64,000 nucleotides of DNA from positions 10,664,001 through 10,728,000 of the forward strand of contig NC_042999.1 in the NCBI RefSeq assembly GCF_006345805.1. The letters are read 5' to 3'. The translations under genes and the position numbers were made by a program. The notes beneath the pieces were generated by a model, which worked only from the letters and a program-made list of their open reading frames with translations, did no database searches and was not told the origin of the DNA. Each line of letters begins with the position of its first letter. Position 1 is the first letter of the stretch. Source of the stretch: Octopus sinensis. Taxonomy: Eukaryota. Positions 39,940 through 53,051 of the stretch are shown here, in pieces.

Positions 39940-40370
39940 TCTGATTTGGGCACAAGGTCAGCGAACTTGAAGGGAGGAGGCCTTGTCAGTTCCATCGACC
40001 TCAATACATGACGGTACTTTATTTTATAAACCATGAAAGGAAGAACAGCAAAGTTGACTTCAGTGAGATTTGAACTCAGAACATAAAGAGCTTCTCTGAA
40101 GACATTCTGCTGTTCTACTCACCCCATAATTTCTGACCACTGCAAAGCAGTTTTTCCCATACTCTACTGACTTTTGTCAGCTCACAGTTGAATAACATAA
40201 GAATATATTTACAAATAATAATAATAATAATCCTTTCTATTAAAGGCACAAGGCCTGAAATTTTAGGGGAGGAGCTAGTTGATTACATTGACTCCAGTAC
40301 TTAGCAGGTACTTATTTCAAAAGGATGAAAGGCAAAGTCAACCTTGGTTGCATTTGAACTCAAACTAACC
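39940..40370 (-). mobile_element. Two SINE family B copies (39940-40110 and 40216-40370)
   Basis: gggcacaagg / (aat)n-cctttctattaaaggcacaaggcctgaaa termini and ttgaactc B-box complements. Confidence 0.7.
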
Positions 40371-43300
40371 ACAATAACTGCTCTATAATATGTGAGTTGC
40401 TAAACAGATATTTTTAAAAAACTGTATTACAAGTAAGAATAAACGAATAGAGAGTTGAACAGACTTTAAAGTGCTGGGTGAATCAATATTTCATTATAGA
40501 AGGAAACTAATTAAATTGTAATTCTACAGCAGAGTATTAAATATTTTCCCTCTTGGCTTTTGAAGTTGGTCTTTGAAATTTAGTACACTAAAAACATTAA
40601 CAACTGAAATACTATTTTCATGTGGAATGAAAGGAAGCTCCAAGCAGGACCCATGGAAACTGCATGGCCCATTTTATGGTAGAGTGTCCCCTATAAATAT
40701 TTCCCCCACACAGCAATGTCATTTACTTGATAATCCTTTGGCCAGGAAACCCAGTCTCTTCACTTTGGTTTCCTCTTCCAGCCGGACACAAAGCGTCCCT
40801 TATCTGTTATCATCTCGCGCGTAATTTGCCTTCTTTCTTGATTAACGATTCTCATTCTTTCTCTAATTGCCTGAGGCTCCACTGTTCATCACATGACACC
40901 ACCAAGCTCCATTTCTTGTATTCATTTCATTCCTTTCCTTCTGAATTAATGCTTCGTATCATTTCGCAATTCTCCTCTCTTCAGTCCATATTCCTTCTTG
41001 TTGCTCTTTCACCAATCCTTCCCTGCCACTTTTCATTCAATTCCCACTGTTGCGCTCCCCATGATTGTGGTTGCCATAAAACACCAAACTCAGTTTTGGT
41101 TATAAAATAATTTAAGGAGTACTTCGATAGTATAGAGTCAATGTATACACATCCATATACAAATACTAATGGCATGTGCCTCCACTCTCTCATACAAACA
41201 AAGCTAATAGGCATCTGTGTGTGTGTGTGTGTGCACGCATGCATGCCAACAGAATTTGTGTGCATACAAATGCATGCGTCAGTAGCATTCATTTGAATCT
41301 CTCTCTCTCTCTCGCACACACTCGCACACTTTGACCATCCTCTTTCCAAAGCATGACATTTTTACACCACAGGAATACATTGTTAGCATTCTAATAAAAT
41401 AGGTATTTGAACTGAAACTATGGAGATCTATGAGGATATTTTCCACAAATTTCTTACATGATATTATCAAAATATTAAAACATGTTTTGTGCTGGAAGCA
41501 ACAATTTCAAAACATACACACAAAGAATAAAAAGCTGATAGAGAGAACTCTGCACATGCAAGGAAGTATGGAACTGATGATGGTAGTTGTAATGGTGGTG
41601 GTGGTGGTGGTAGTAGAAGTTATTATAAGGGACAACCCTCCTTTCACATAAAATGTTAATGCTGAACCAAACAAATTTCAAGATTAAATGGTTTTCAAGA
41701 AAACAATGGTTAATAGACATTGTGTTAAAGGATGTCTGCCACACAATGACAATTGGAAAGTGGTGAGTTTCAGGAACAGTATTTAAAAAAGCAAAAGGTT
41801 GTTAAAAATAAATTTCAGGCAACCTGTGTCTGTAGAAGCCAATGTTTGACTGAATCTTTCAATGTTAAGCAATAAAGTCATTAAAACGAAGTTAGACAAA
41901 TGAAACACAGACAGGATTCCATCACATAAGCAATAACAAGCATGCCCCCCCCCTTCCTTCCCAATACCATTCGATGAGATTATGGATATATTATTACCAA
42001 GAAAATAAACTATATCAATTATAACAAATTGAATCTAAAGTGAGGAATTTAGGAAATCAGAAAATAAGATGAAAACCCAAATAAATAAAATACTGGACAC
42101 TGCTTCACCATCTCAAATTCCACACAGTGTTTATTTTCTTCATTTCCCCCTCCTTTTCTTAAGTCTTATCAAACGATGAACAAAATACATATTGATAAAA
42201 ATACCACTTTCATTTTCATAGCGAAATGTAGCTAATTTCTTATCTCGATTTGTCCATTTGCTTTAGATGGAGACACATCTTACACGCAGGCAAGTCTCCA
42301 CAAAAATCATCAACTACAACTAACAACAGAAGCCATTGTTGCTAGCTCAGCTGGCCAACCAATGGATGCAAGAGAACATTTCTTATTTAGATTTTTTTTA
42401 AAAATACACGATTACATGAAAACTGAGTTAAAGAGCTCAGATCTCCTGATTTCTGATTATGGTTCAGAAAATATGCAGAAACATGCCAATCAATTCTGAT
42501 GCTTCAAACTGTTGTTGACCGTTGATCTGGGTCTTCATCAACTCCTAACTAAAAGGGATTTTGTTTTTTCTCTTTTCTTTCTGTTTCTATTTTTCACTAA
42601 ACAGACATAATCTGTTACTAGAACATTCCAGACATGGCAAAACATTGAATTTCTAACAAGTAAACCCTTCATGAATGGTCCAAGGTGAAAGAGAGAGAGA
42701 GAAAGAGAACAAAGCATGGCTTCTGTGGAGTCTTAGACCATCAGGTAGCTTCCAAATATTTGCCCATTTCTGCATTGATTACAATCTATTCAAAAATCCA
42801 AGAATTGAATCACATTTGTTTGTCTTATTGTTCAAGAGTCTGTTTGGTGCTGACATCACCTATACTTAGACTGGTCTATGATACTCACGACAATGTATCA
42901 ACATCCCCCAATTTCTGCTGTAACAGGCGACAGATGAGACATTAAGTAGGTGCAAGAGGTTATTTATATGCTTTATAAAAGTATTTTCAAGCAACTGAAT
43001 GAAACAAATAGATGGATGTACACTCAGTTATTAATTGTTAGTGTTTTTTTGTTTTTTTTTAAACACAAAAATATTACAAGGGAATAATTTGCAGCACTGT
43101 TTACATTGGGAAATAAGGATAAAAGCTGAAATCAAACTGTTAATTGATTAATTTTACATGAAAATCTGAGCTGTTCATGATCAGATAGGAATTGCATTAG
43201 CATATTAATTGGCAAAGCCCCCCCCCCCAAACCCATTTTATCAAAAGACATTTACAAGCACCAGCTTGAACAAATATCTTGTGTAATTAAAGATGTTATT

Positions 43301-45031
43301 GAGAAGAAACAAATTAGACAAAATTGAGAGCAGGTGAGACAATGTTTTTTAGTAAATTCTTTTGCCATTTAAAAACAAACAAAAACAAACATGAAAATAA
43401 TGTTTTTCAGTTAGTATATAAAAAAAAAAAACAGTAAAGGAACAGGAATCACTTCAACAGCACAATGTTAATCCAGAGGAAAGTTTCAAGCGAAAACTGC
43501 TACAACAGTAAAACAAGACAACAGAAACCATTAATGGCGGGAATAGGGAAGAGAGGAAGACAATATTTAAAGATAAGCAAATTCAATTTCTAGCTTAACA
43601 TTTTGTTTTCTTTTTCGATTCGTAAATTTTTAAAGTAGATGATCTTTTTTTTAACAGATCTAAGAAGGACTTAGACGCTGAATGAACTTTTGCTTTAATT
43701 TATGGCAAGAGAATTTTATAATTTGCTATACATCTATATATGAGCTGTATTTTGAGAGGGTCACTGTGCCAATAATAAACACACACACACTGGTTCTATT
43801 TCACTTCTTTATTTTCATTTGTCACTTGGTTACCCATTTAACCAATTAACTGTTCAACTGTTTGATTAATTATTCAGTCAATTAATCAATCAATCAGCTA
43901 GGTTTTAGTTCTTTCATCCCCATTTATGACCTCATCCATGACTTGCCCTCCCTGCTTTCGGTAATCTGTCTGTCTCTCCTAGTTTACAGGAACTACATTT
44001 ATACACATGTGACAGAGATTGTGTGTGAGAGACTGTATGTGTGTATGTGTATGCGTGTCGTGTGGTTTTCCTGAAAGGTGTGGGTGGTTAAAAGTTAATT
44101 TCTTTATATATTGATCCATTTATTTTATGATTAGTATTTTTATGTTTTCGAATGAAGTGTTAGTGCATTTATGTGTGTGTGTGTGTGAGCATATATAGTC
44201 ATTTAAGTCCAGTGACTTTACTTATTTGGGAGGAAGGTATGAATCAAATTACAATTCAATGACTATTCATCTTTCATTCTAATAACTCAAAGAAATAAGG
44301 AATAAGGCATTTGATACACAAATGCAAAGCATGTCAACCCAGACACACATGAAACACAGATGTATGTGTTCAATACATCAATGTATGTTTACTAAGCTAA
44401 TGCTCACACCAATGCATGTATACCAACCTATGTGTGTGTGTGTGTGTGTATATAGTGTCTATCACTAACTTTGTATTTATCATGACGAGATGTCCATTTG
44501 TAGATCCCCCATCTATGTTGCTTTCATTGAAAAGCACAAAGCATATAGAAAGAGATGTACAAATTTAGGTATCGGAAACCAAGTGAAATACTGAAAACGA
44601 GAATTAATTAAGACAATCTAGAAAGTTAATTGAATGTAGTCAGAATAAATATTGATCAAGAAAGAGTTTAGAAGTGATTTCCATAGACAAGGAAATTATG
44701 CTGTAAACCCATATAAATTATGCTAATATGAAAAACAAATGAAACATCAAGTTTGAATTGATACCAACATGCAGAATTGGTCTACAGTTGTTCCTGATGT
44801 TGAAGAAATTTGGACTATTAGAATAATCTCAAAGGAAGTATTGGTTAAGGTAATTATTCATGCAGAACATAGAAGTATCTGAGTGAACTGAATTACTTTG
44901 GAAATAACCAATACAATCCTCAGGGAAACGGTTCAAAGGAAACTGAAACTTTAAATAAATTACAATACAATATTTACTATCAATATTTTTTAGTCAATAT
45001 TCAAAACTAAATCTACAGTTAACCGAATATC

Positions 45032-45242
45032 TTAACCCTTTCATCATTCATTGAAATACATTGTCTTGGTTTTAATTAATTTTTTAAATAATTTTAAAAA
45101 ATTGATAAAGTAACTTTGTCAATATTAAGTTGGGGTTTGGAATGTGAATTGATATGAAATTTTGAAGGAAGATTTTAATTTAAAACAGGTTTCTATCTTA
45201 GGAGCAGGGGTGATCTCAGGTAGGTTGGTATCAAAGGGTTAG
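45032..45242 (+). mobile_element. piggyBac-like MITE (about 210 bp)
   Basis: TTAA-CCCTTT ... AAAGGG-TTAG termini. A related copy lies in the opposite orientation at 63265-63490. Confidence 0.65.
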
Positions 45243-45499
45243 GTAAAATATTTCTGTGGAGGAGATAGAAACAAAGCTTACATTGTCCTACACATTAAGG
45301 GCCCAATACAAAGTAAAAGCAGACTGTCTTCTTTCCCCATTCCCCCCACACAGACAGTCGTAATTAGGAACACTTCACAATACAGAGTGACAACCATGCA
45401 AATACATAAAAGCACAAGCAACATGTCCTTAACCATTAGTCTGGGCTGTTTGTGATGTTCACTTTCATAAGGAAGCCTATTAAATGGTGGAATAATGAT

Positions 45500-46030
45500 A
45501 TATACAAGGTGGTATTAGAAAGTTTCTGCACCAGACCTTAAACAAAAGAAAAAGGTACACCATTCCTCCAGTAAATAATGTTAACTTTCTCCCTAAGCCC
45601 ACAATGTATATCACCAAATGTCAAAAACCAGAGGACAAATGTCACAGTAATACAATGTATGTTTAGGTCTTCAGTGTGAATCTCCTGATAAGACCTCCAC
45701 AACTGATTCCGATCTGATTAAACATCTGATGGAATATCAAGTGGATGGGTTCACTAATTTTCTTTTTTTCTACATTTTCTGATGTTTTTGCTAAAGATTG
45801 GTTGTTTTGAAGGCTCAGTCTTGAGCTGACATTCAACCAAGCTTGAAACATGCACGCCTCTGAAAAACCTGTGTCTGACAAAATGTTCACCAACAGCCTG
45901 AGGAAACATTCCGAGGGCCTCAGTTGTATATTTTAATGAGCTTCATTCAAAATTTGATGCAGGCATGTTGCTTGAACATTATTATTAGCCATTGTGAAAA
46001 TCATAGAACTGTTCAAACAGCATTCCCAAA
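45500..46030 (-). mobile_element. Highly decayed mariner relic (N-terminal transposase region plus TIR-like end)
   Basis: The minus strand reads MFKQHACIKF*MKL...EALGMFPQAVGEH...KTSENVEK...IGISCG, matching mariner N-termini of the EQRxCIKFCxKLG type. TIR-like tacaaggtggtattagaaagt near 45503. Confidence 0.55.
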
Positions 46031-46189
46031 CCTCACAATTGAACGCATGTAGACAGCATAAAGTTTGTTTATGGGCTGGCAACCAATGACTGTCAGCTAT
46101 GAATGCATAGCTGTTAACCATTACAATCAGTGCATATGCAGTCAAAAACATTTTGGTAACACAGAGAAAGGTGTTATACAATGCTCTAT

Positions 46190-46375
46190 ACAACAACTCA
46201 TGATTGTAAGATTGTGGTTTCAATTCCTGGACCAGGTGATGCATTCTTGATCAAAACACTTCATTCCATGTTGCTCCAGTCCACTCACCAGGCAAAAATG
46301 AGTAATCCTGTGAGGGACTGTCGTCCCATCCAGGTGAGGTATATAATCACCACAGAAGCCGAGAAACCAGCCCTA
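46190..46375 (+). mobile_element. Fourth SINE-like family with a V-domain-like block
   Basis: B-box-like gtttcaattcc, then cacttcattccatgttgctccagtccactca..aaatgagta..cctgtgagggactgtcgtcccatccagg. Resemblance to the V-SINE domain is from memory. Confidence 0.4.
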
Positions 46376-46569
46376 TAAATGTATATGCCTCTCAAAGGAT
46401 CTCTTTTTATCCCCTTTTTTTCCTCTATACACCAACAACATGTAATGCATATGCACAATTTAACACTTAATAAGAATCTCTAACGCTATTTTGCTAACAA
46501 ATGATGTGCAACAAGAAAATAACACTGAATCTAGTTTGGTTTATAAACTTAGCAAGTATAATGAAAAGT

Positions 46570-47045
46570 GTGTGGCTGTGCAGTTCAGAAGCTTGCTTCC
46601 CAACCACATGGTTTTGGGTTCAGTCCCACCATGTGCCACTTTGAGCAAGTGTCTTCTATTATAACCCCAGGCCAACAAAAATCTTGTGAGTGGATTTGGT
46701 AAGTAGAAACTTAAAGAAATCTATTGTATATTTACACGTGTGTTTATGTGTGCATGCATGTGTGTGTGTGTGTGTTTATGTGTGTGTGTGTGTGTACATG
46801 CATGCAGGTATGTATTAGCATCTCCTTGTGTTAACATTATGTGATAATTGTAAATGAGTGCCACTGTCATACAAGTAGAATCTTTCACTGAGAACATTTC
46901 TGGCCCTGGGGAAATATTACCTCACTCTGAAACAAGTGAGGATTAGTGGCAGGAAGAGCACCCAACTGTAGAAAGTGTGCTTCAACAGATTCTGTCCAAC
47001 CATGTAAGCATGGAAAAGTGGACATTATGGTGATGATGATGATGA
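46570..47045 (+). mobile_element. Full-length SINE family C
   Basis: Same head as family A, internal (TG)n, a different 3' body, then the RTE-like end ccaaccatgtaagcatggaaaagtggacatt..(gat)n. Confidence 0.8.
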
Positions 47046-47828
47046 GTGATCTAAATTTTATTACAAAATTTAAGAACTGTTTTTTTCCCATGTTTTGTTT
47101 GAGCAAAGATGAAAAAGAGAAACGGTTGCAATATATAAGGCTCTTTAGAACTAACAAACAGTATCAAATTATAAGGAAAAGAAATCTATCAACATTTCAA
47201 ACTACTTTGAATTATATATTTTATGTATGAAATTGTTAGTGAAAATTTAAGAGTGTAATGATATTTCACAGCAAAAAGAAAAAAAAACAAAAAAAAACTA
47301 GGATTAGGATTGCTTTTGCTCTTCTCCCTAAATGTAATGTGACAGAATAATGAGTATTTTGATGTATATTTAAGCAATAGCAGAGGAATTTTATTAAAGA
47401 AAGGAAAATGATTTGGAAATTGCAATAGTAAACCAATTTAGATAACGTGTGATTTTAAATGCATACTGCTTGAAAGAGAAGAACTAAACAACTAAAATCA
47501 ATAAAATTGCCATTGAACTGCCATCAGAAATCATAAATTCTGTGAGTTATTGTTTCAAGAACTATTATGAAAAAGTGGCTGAACCAGAGACATCCTTTGT
47601 TAGAATAATCTAGAATTTCCAGTTTTAATATATGATAAATATCTACTGGTAAAATGAAAAAATTATTATAATTTAATCAATTATTTTTGAATAAAATATT
47701 TATTCTAGAATATTTTAGTAGGGCATAAAAATACATTGGAGAGGAATTTTGTTTAGCCTTTTCACTCACTGGACTGTGGCCATGCTGGGACATCACCCCC
47801 AGAAAATTTAATTCTATTTTCCCTTCTA

Positions 47829-48107
<279 letters not shown>

Positions 48108-49298
48108 TCAACAAAAAAGTAAAACACAAAAATGCAAAGCAAACACTTGTTACACCTGCTGCACTAGAATAAAACATTAGAGCTTATAATTTTTCTTTTT
48201 TAGATTTTTAGATTTATGCTTGGTATAAGAACTCCAGTTAGAGGAAGTTGTAGTGACATCATATTCCAGTGTGCGCACACACAACATCATTCTTCATCTT
48301 CAGTGTGCGTGTGCGGAGAATCCTTCTTCAGTGTGCGTGTGCGGGGTTGGAACCTTCTGGAAAGGCATAAGGAAGTTCCTTCATGCACATGCGCTAGAGA
48401 CTGAAGAAGAAATTCTATCGCGTTCCTTAATAGTGTCGTTGACTTGAGACACGGCGATAGAAGAGAAAGGACGTATATTTTGAATCCTGTGATCAGCCTA
48501 TTCTCCTGTCCCAGACGCTTAGGATTTGACCTGTTCCGTTGCTGCTGAATTGTTGTAAGAAGCTTACGAACGTTAGAATTCAGCCTTGCTGTGTTGAACT
48601 AGGTGGATACCAGTATATCATCGTCCTTCATTTGTGAATAAGAGATTAAAGAATCATATATATTTTTAAAGTTGCATTTCGTTCCTGACTGGTAGTTTCT
48701 AGAAACAAAAAGAAAGGAAATTGTGTTGCACCCAAGTTGCACCCCAAAAGTGTAAAGAAGCAACCAGTTCCCTTTACAAAGTATATATAAGTATGATATT
48801 CCTGCTGTTGCCACTGGTCATTAAGAACATAAATTAAGCAATTTTCATTTGATTGCAGAAGTCGCTTGCTAGAAACTGGAAGGATATACTATATTTTCTT
48901 TTCATAACAGATAGGAAAAATATTTAATGAACTCAACTCCAATACATTACAGGTATTTGTTTTATTGACTCAAGAAGGATGAACAGCATAGATGAACTCA
49001 AGGAAGTTAAAATTAAGAACAAGGTGTTGTCTTGAGAAAAAAGTGATGTCCAAAAGAGTGATTTTACAGGTGGGCAAAATACTGCAACTAATCAGCTTCT
49101 GAGAAATGTTGATGAGGACCTAGTTTTAAAGGAAATCACTCCGGTAATTTTGTTCAAGATTCAGCAGGTATTTATTGATGTGGCCTGCTGATCAAATATT
49201 ATTAAGAAATAACATGCTGAGATTATAGACACCTGGGAAAGGAAATAGTATGTATCATAAGCAGAGGAGATTAGGTACCAATATCCTATCAATAAAAC

Positions 49299-49655
49299 AT
49301 CATCATCATCATCGTTTAACTTCGTTCTCCATGCTAGCATGGGTTGGACAGTTCGACCGGGGATCTGGGAAGCCAGAAGGCTGCACCAGGCTCCAGTCTG
49401 ATCTGGCAGTGTTTCTACAGCTGGATGCCCTTCCTAACGCCAACCACTCCATGAGTGTAGTGGGTGCTTTTTACGTGCCACCTGCACTGGTGCCAGGCGA
49501 GGCTGGCATCGGCCACGGTCGGATTGGTGCATTTTACGTGCCACCTGCACGGAAGCCAGTCGAGGCGGCACTGGCTTCGGCCACGATTCGGATGGTGCTT
49601 TTTATGTGCCACCGACACAGAAGCCAGTCGAGGCGGCGCTGGCATCGGCCACGAA
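49299..49655 (-). mobile_element. RTE LINE 3' fragment with three hairpin modules
   Basis: (cat)n terminus and gtgccacc module repeats. Confidence 0.88.
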
Positions 49656-49830
49656 ATCAATAAAATACATCTTTATGGAATCAATAAGTAAATTAACTGC
49701 AAATGATCAAAAATTTAGTAATCGCTGGAAGTGAGCAGATTTTAAGAAAATAATACATATAAAGCAACACATACACAAATATTCATAATGACACATAAAC
49801 CCTCAGGTAAACATGTGCACATCATCATTG

Positions 49831-52030
49831 TACACACACACACACACACTCACAATGTTTATAACAATCAAAAAGCTAGTGAAACTTCACAAATTATTAC
49901 ATTTACAAATATCGCAGGAAATCGATGAAATAATGAATGTTTTTGAAGAAATGACCCAGCATGGATGTGGACAATGTTGATGATGATGTTGATAGTGATG
50001 ATGCATGATGTTATATGAATAAGACAGGAAGATAAGGACACATAAATCAATGAGTTTAATATATGATGGAGTAGAGCAAAAAGGGAGGATCAAAAAGGCT
50101 GATTACACAGAAAGATAAACCCACACCAATTCCAATGGCCTACAGCACATGCAAGCAACCAATTAAATATCCTTGATAAGAATTACACCATAGCACCAAA
50201 ATATGCACTCATTTCTGTATATGTATATATTTTTTAAATATACATATAGACAAGCTGTGTGTGTGTGTGTGTGTGTGTGTGGTGGGCCCTTCAATGTGTA
50301 GAAGAAAAGAACCACAAACATGGTAGCAATTGCGTAGAACTAGGATTGCCTAATACAGAACATATGTTAGGTATGTTTGCAAGAGAATCAAACGAGAAAG
50401 CCCTATATATTAATAATAGACACAGAACATAGAGAGCAGCAGAGTGTGTGTGTGGGGGGGGTTATTTTCTCCCCTTTCTTCTTGCAAGGTGCCAAAGATC
50501 ATTCCTAAAACATACTGTATCTACTTAAGATAAACAATTAAATTAAATATCAGCTGCATCATCTCGCTAGCCACCAGTCTACCTGTAAGAGAGAGCCAAC
50601 TGTAAGGCACAAAGGAAACAAAATTAAACAAACATTGGCTGTTCTTTAATCAAATAATTGTTTATTTAACTTAATGACTATCTTCTCCTACAGATATCTT
50701 ACTCTGAGCTTTCCTTTTTTCCTTTCTTTGCTCCTTTCCCTCATTTGTTTTCAACGTTGTACCTGAAGTTACCTTTAAGGAGTGAGGGACTGCTGCTGCT
50801 GCTGCACCACAGAACTTCACTCCTACCTCAATATACTTTATTAGTTTCCTTAGAGACAAGGATTAACACAAGCAGCTTACAGCAGGATCTATTATTTAGT
50901 AAGCAATCAAGACAAATGAACATAACATGGAAAGAACACACACACACACACACTCACAATGTTTATAACAATCAAAAAGCTAGTGAAACTTCACAAATTA
51001 TTACATTTACAAATATCGCAGGAAATCGATGAAATAATGAATGTTTTTGAAGAAATGACCCAGCATGGATGTGGACAATGTTGATGATGATGTTGATAGT
51101 GATGATGCATGATGTTATATGAATAAGACAGGAAGATAAGGACACATAAATCAATGAGTTTAATATATGATGGAGTAGAGCAAAAAGGGAGGATCAAAAA
51201 GGCTGATTACACAGAAAGATAAACCTACACCAATTCCAATGGCCTACAGCACATGCAAGCAACCAATTAAATATCCTTGATAAGAATTACACCATAGCAC
51301 CAAAATATGCACTCATTTCTGTATATGTATATATTTTTTAAATATACATATAGACAAGCTGTGTGTGTGTGTGTGTGTGTGTGGTGGGCCCTTCAATGTG
51401 TAGAAGAAAAGAACCACAAACATGGTAGTAATTGCGTAGAACTAGGATTGCCTAATACAGAACATATGTTAGGTATGTTTGCAAGAGAATCAAACGAGAA
51501 AGCCCTATATATTAATAATAGACACAGAACATAGAGAGCAGCAGAGTGTGGGGGGGGGGTTTATTTTCTCCCCTTTCTTCTTGCAAGGTGCCAAAGATCA
51601 TTCCTAAAACATACTGTATCTACTTAAGATAAACAATTAAATTAAATATCAGCTGCATCATCTCGCTAGCCACCAGTCTACCTGTAAGAGAGAGCCAACT
51701 GTAAGGCACAAAGGAAACAAAATTAAACAAACATTGGCTGTTCTTTAATCAAATAATTGTTTATTTAACTTAATGACTATCTTCTCCTACAGATATCTTA
51801 CTCTGAGCTTTCCTTTTTTCCTTTCTTTGCTCCTTTCCCTCATTTGTTTTCAACGTTGTACCTGAAGTTACCTTTAAGGAGTGAGGGACTGCTGCTGCTA
51901 CACCACAGAACTTCACTCCTACCTCAATATACTTTATTAGTTTCCTTAGAGACAAGGATTAACACAAGCAGCTTACAGCAGGATCTATTATTTAGGAAGC
52001 AATCAAGACAAATGAACACACACACACACA
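49831..52030. repeat. Direct tandem duplication of about 1.1 kb bounded by (CA)n tracts
   Basis: Paired ORFs offset by 1104 (49868/50972) and 1099 (50671/51770). The copies differ by a few SNPs and microsatellite lengths. Confidence 0.95.
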
Positions 52031-53022
52031 CACACTCACATGTATGTAAATGAAACCCCCAACCATAAAACTCTACAGAATATTAATCAGTAACAATACA
52101 AGTTATAAGCTACCCTATCGGACACTGGTGCATTCTTCTCACAGCATCACTCAAAGATGCGGCAATTAAATAGACTTAGTCATGTTGAAAGCTTATCTCT
52201 TGGTCAGATGTACTGTAAGCATCTTTCCAGTTTTCCAGTAGAGTCTATGTTTAATTATTAACAATGATTGTTATGTCACAAGTAGAGACATAATTTTCTG
52301 ATCTCTCAAATATTGATCCCTTCATACTTGATTCATGAACCCCAAACCCACTTGTGGTTCTGATCAACTGAACAAATGTTCTTTTAGAAATAAATTTGAC
52401 ATTTTTATTTTTAAAGGTTCATTATAATTCTCCTTTCATAAGCATAATTTGAAAATTATATGCACACATGTAAGTGAAAACAATGAACACAGATCTTCAA
52501 ATTTTAATTAAATCTGTCGACAGAATGGGGTCAGACTTTGATTACAAACGCAATTCTGTTAAGCTAAACCACCAAATTCAATCCAACCACACCACATCTG
52601 TAATAGACTTAAAGACTCCCGTTTGATAAGATATGTAAACAACCACACACCTTTTATAATATTGTAATAAATATCGCTGATTTTAAAAGCCAAGAGTTAC
52701 AGTTTGGATAAAAGAATAAGACCTACTTTGCTTCTCACTGCAAACTGCTTAGCCCCAAAATAGATTCTCTGACTAAATAAACGAAATGACTCAGTGAGTG
52801 AGTTAGACATGCAAACGGAAGAGAAACAGGAGCGAAATGTCTGAGTGGCCGCAGCTAGGGTTACATTGTCACATTTGCAACCAACCAGGGAAAACAACAC
52901 TGGTGAGCAGTTCCTTACAAGTATCACTTGATGTCATCTGTCACTTAATGTTTGGCTAAATTCATTAGACAGCAACAGCAGTTAGCCCTTGGTCTAATTT
53001 GACCTACAGCTGCAAAGCTTAC

Positions 53023-53051
53023 CCTGGACTCGGGCTGTACTGTACTGTCAT
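53023..53051 (-). CDS. Speculative coding part of an alternative first exon (MTVQYSPSP+GG)
   Basis: ATG at 53051, 29 nt, then a strong donor AGG|gtaagc. The phase-2 end matches the phase-2 start of the WW exon. No homology support. Confidence 0.25.

Noticed and set aside
50671-50859. Duplicated 62-aa minus-strand ORF as a small gene
   Set aside because: It recurs only because of the 1.1-kb duplication and has no recognisable domain.
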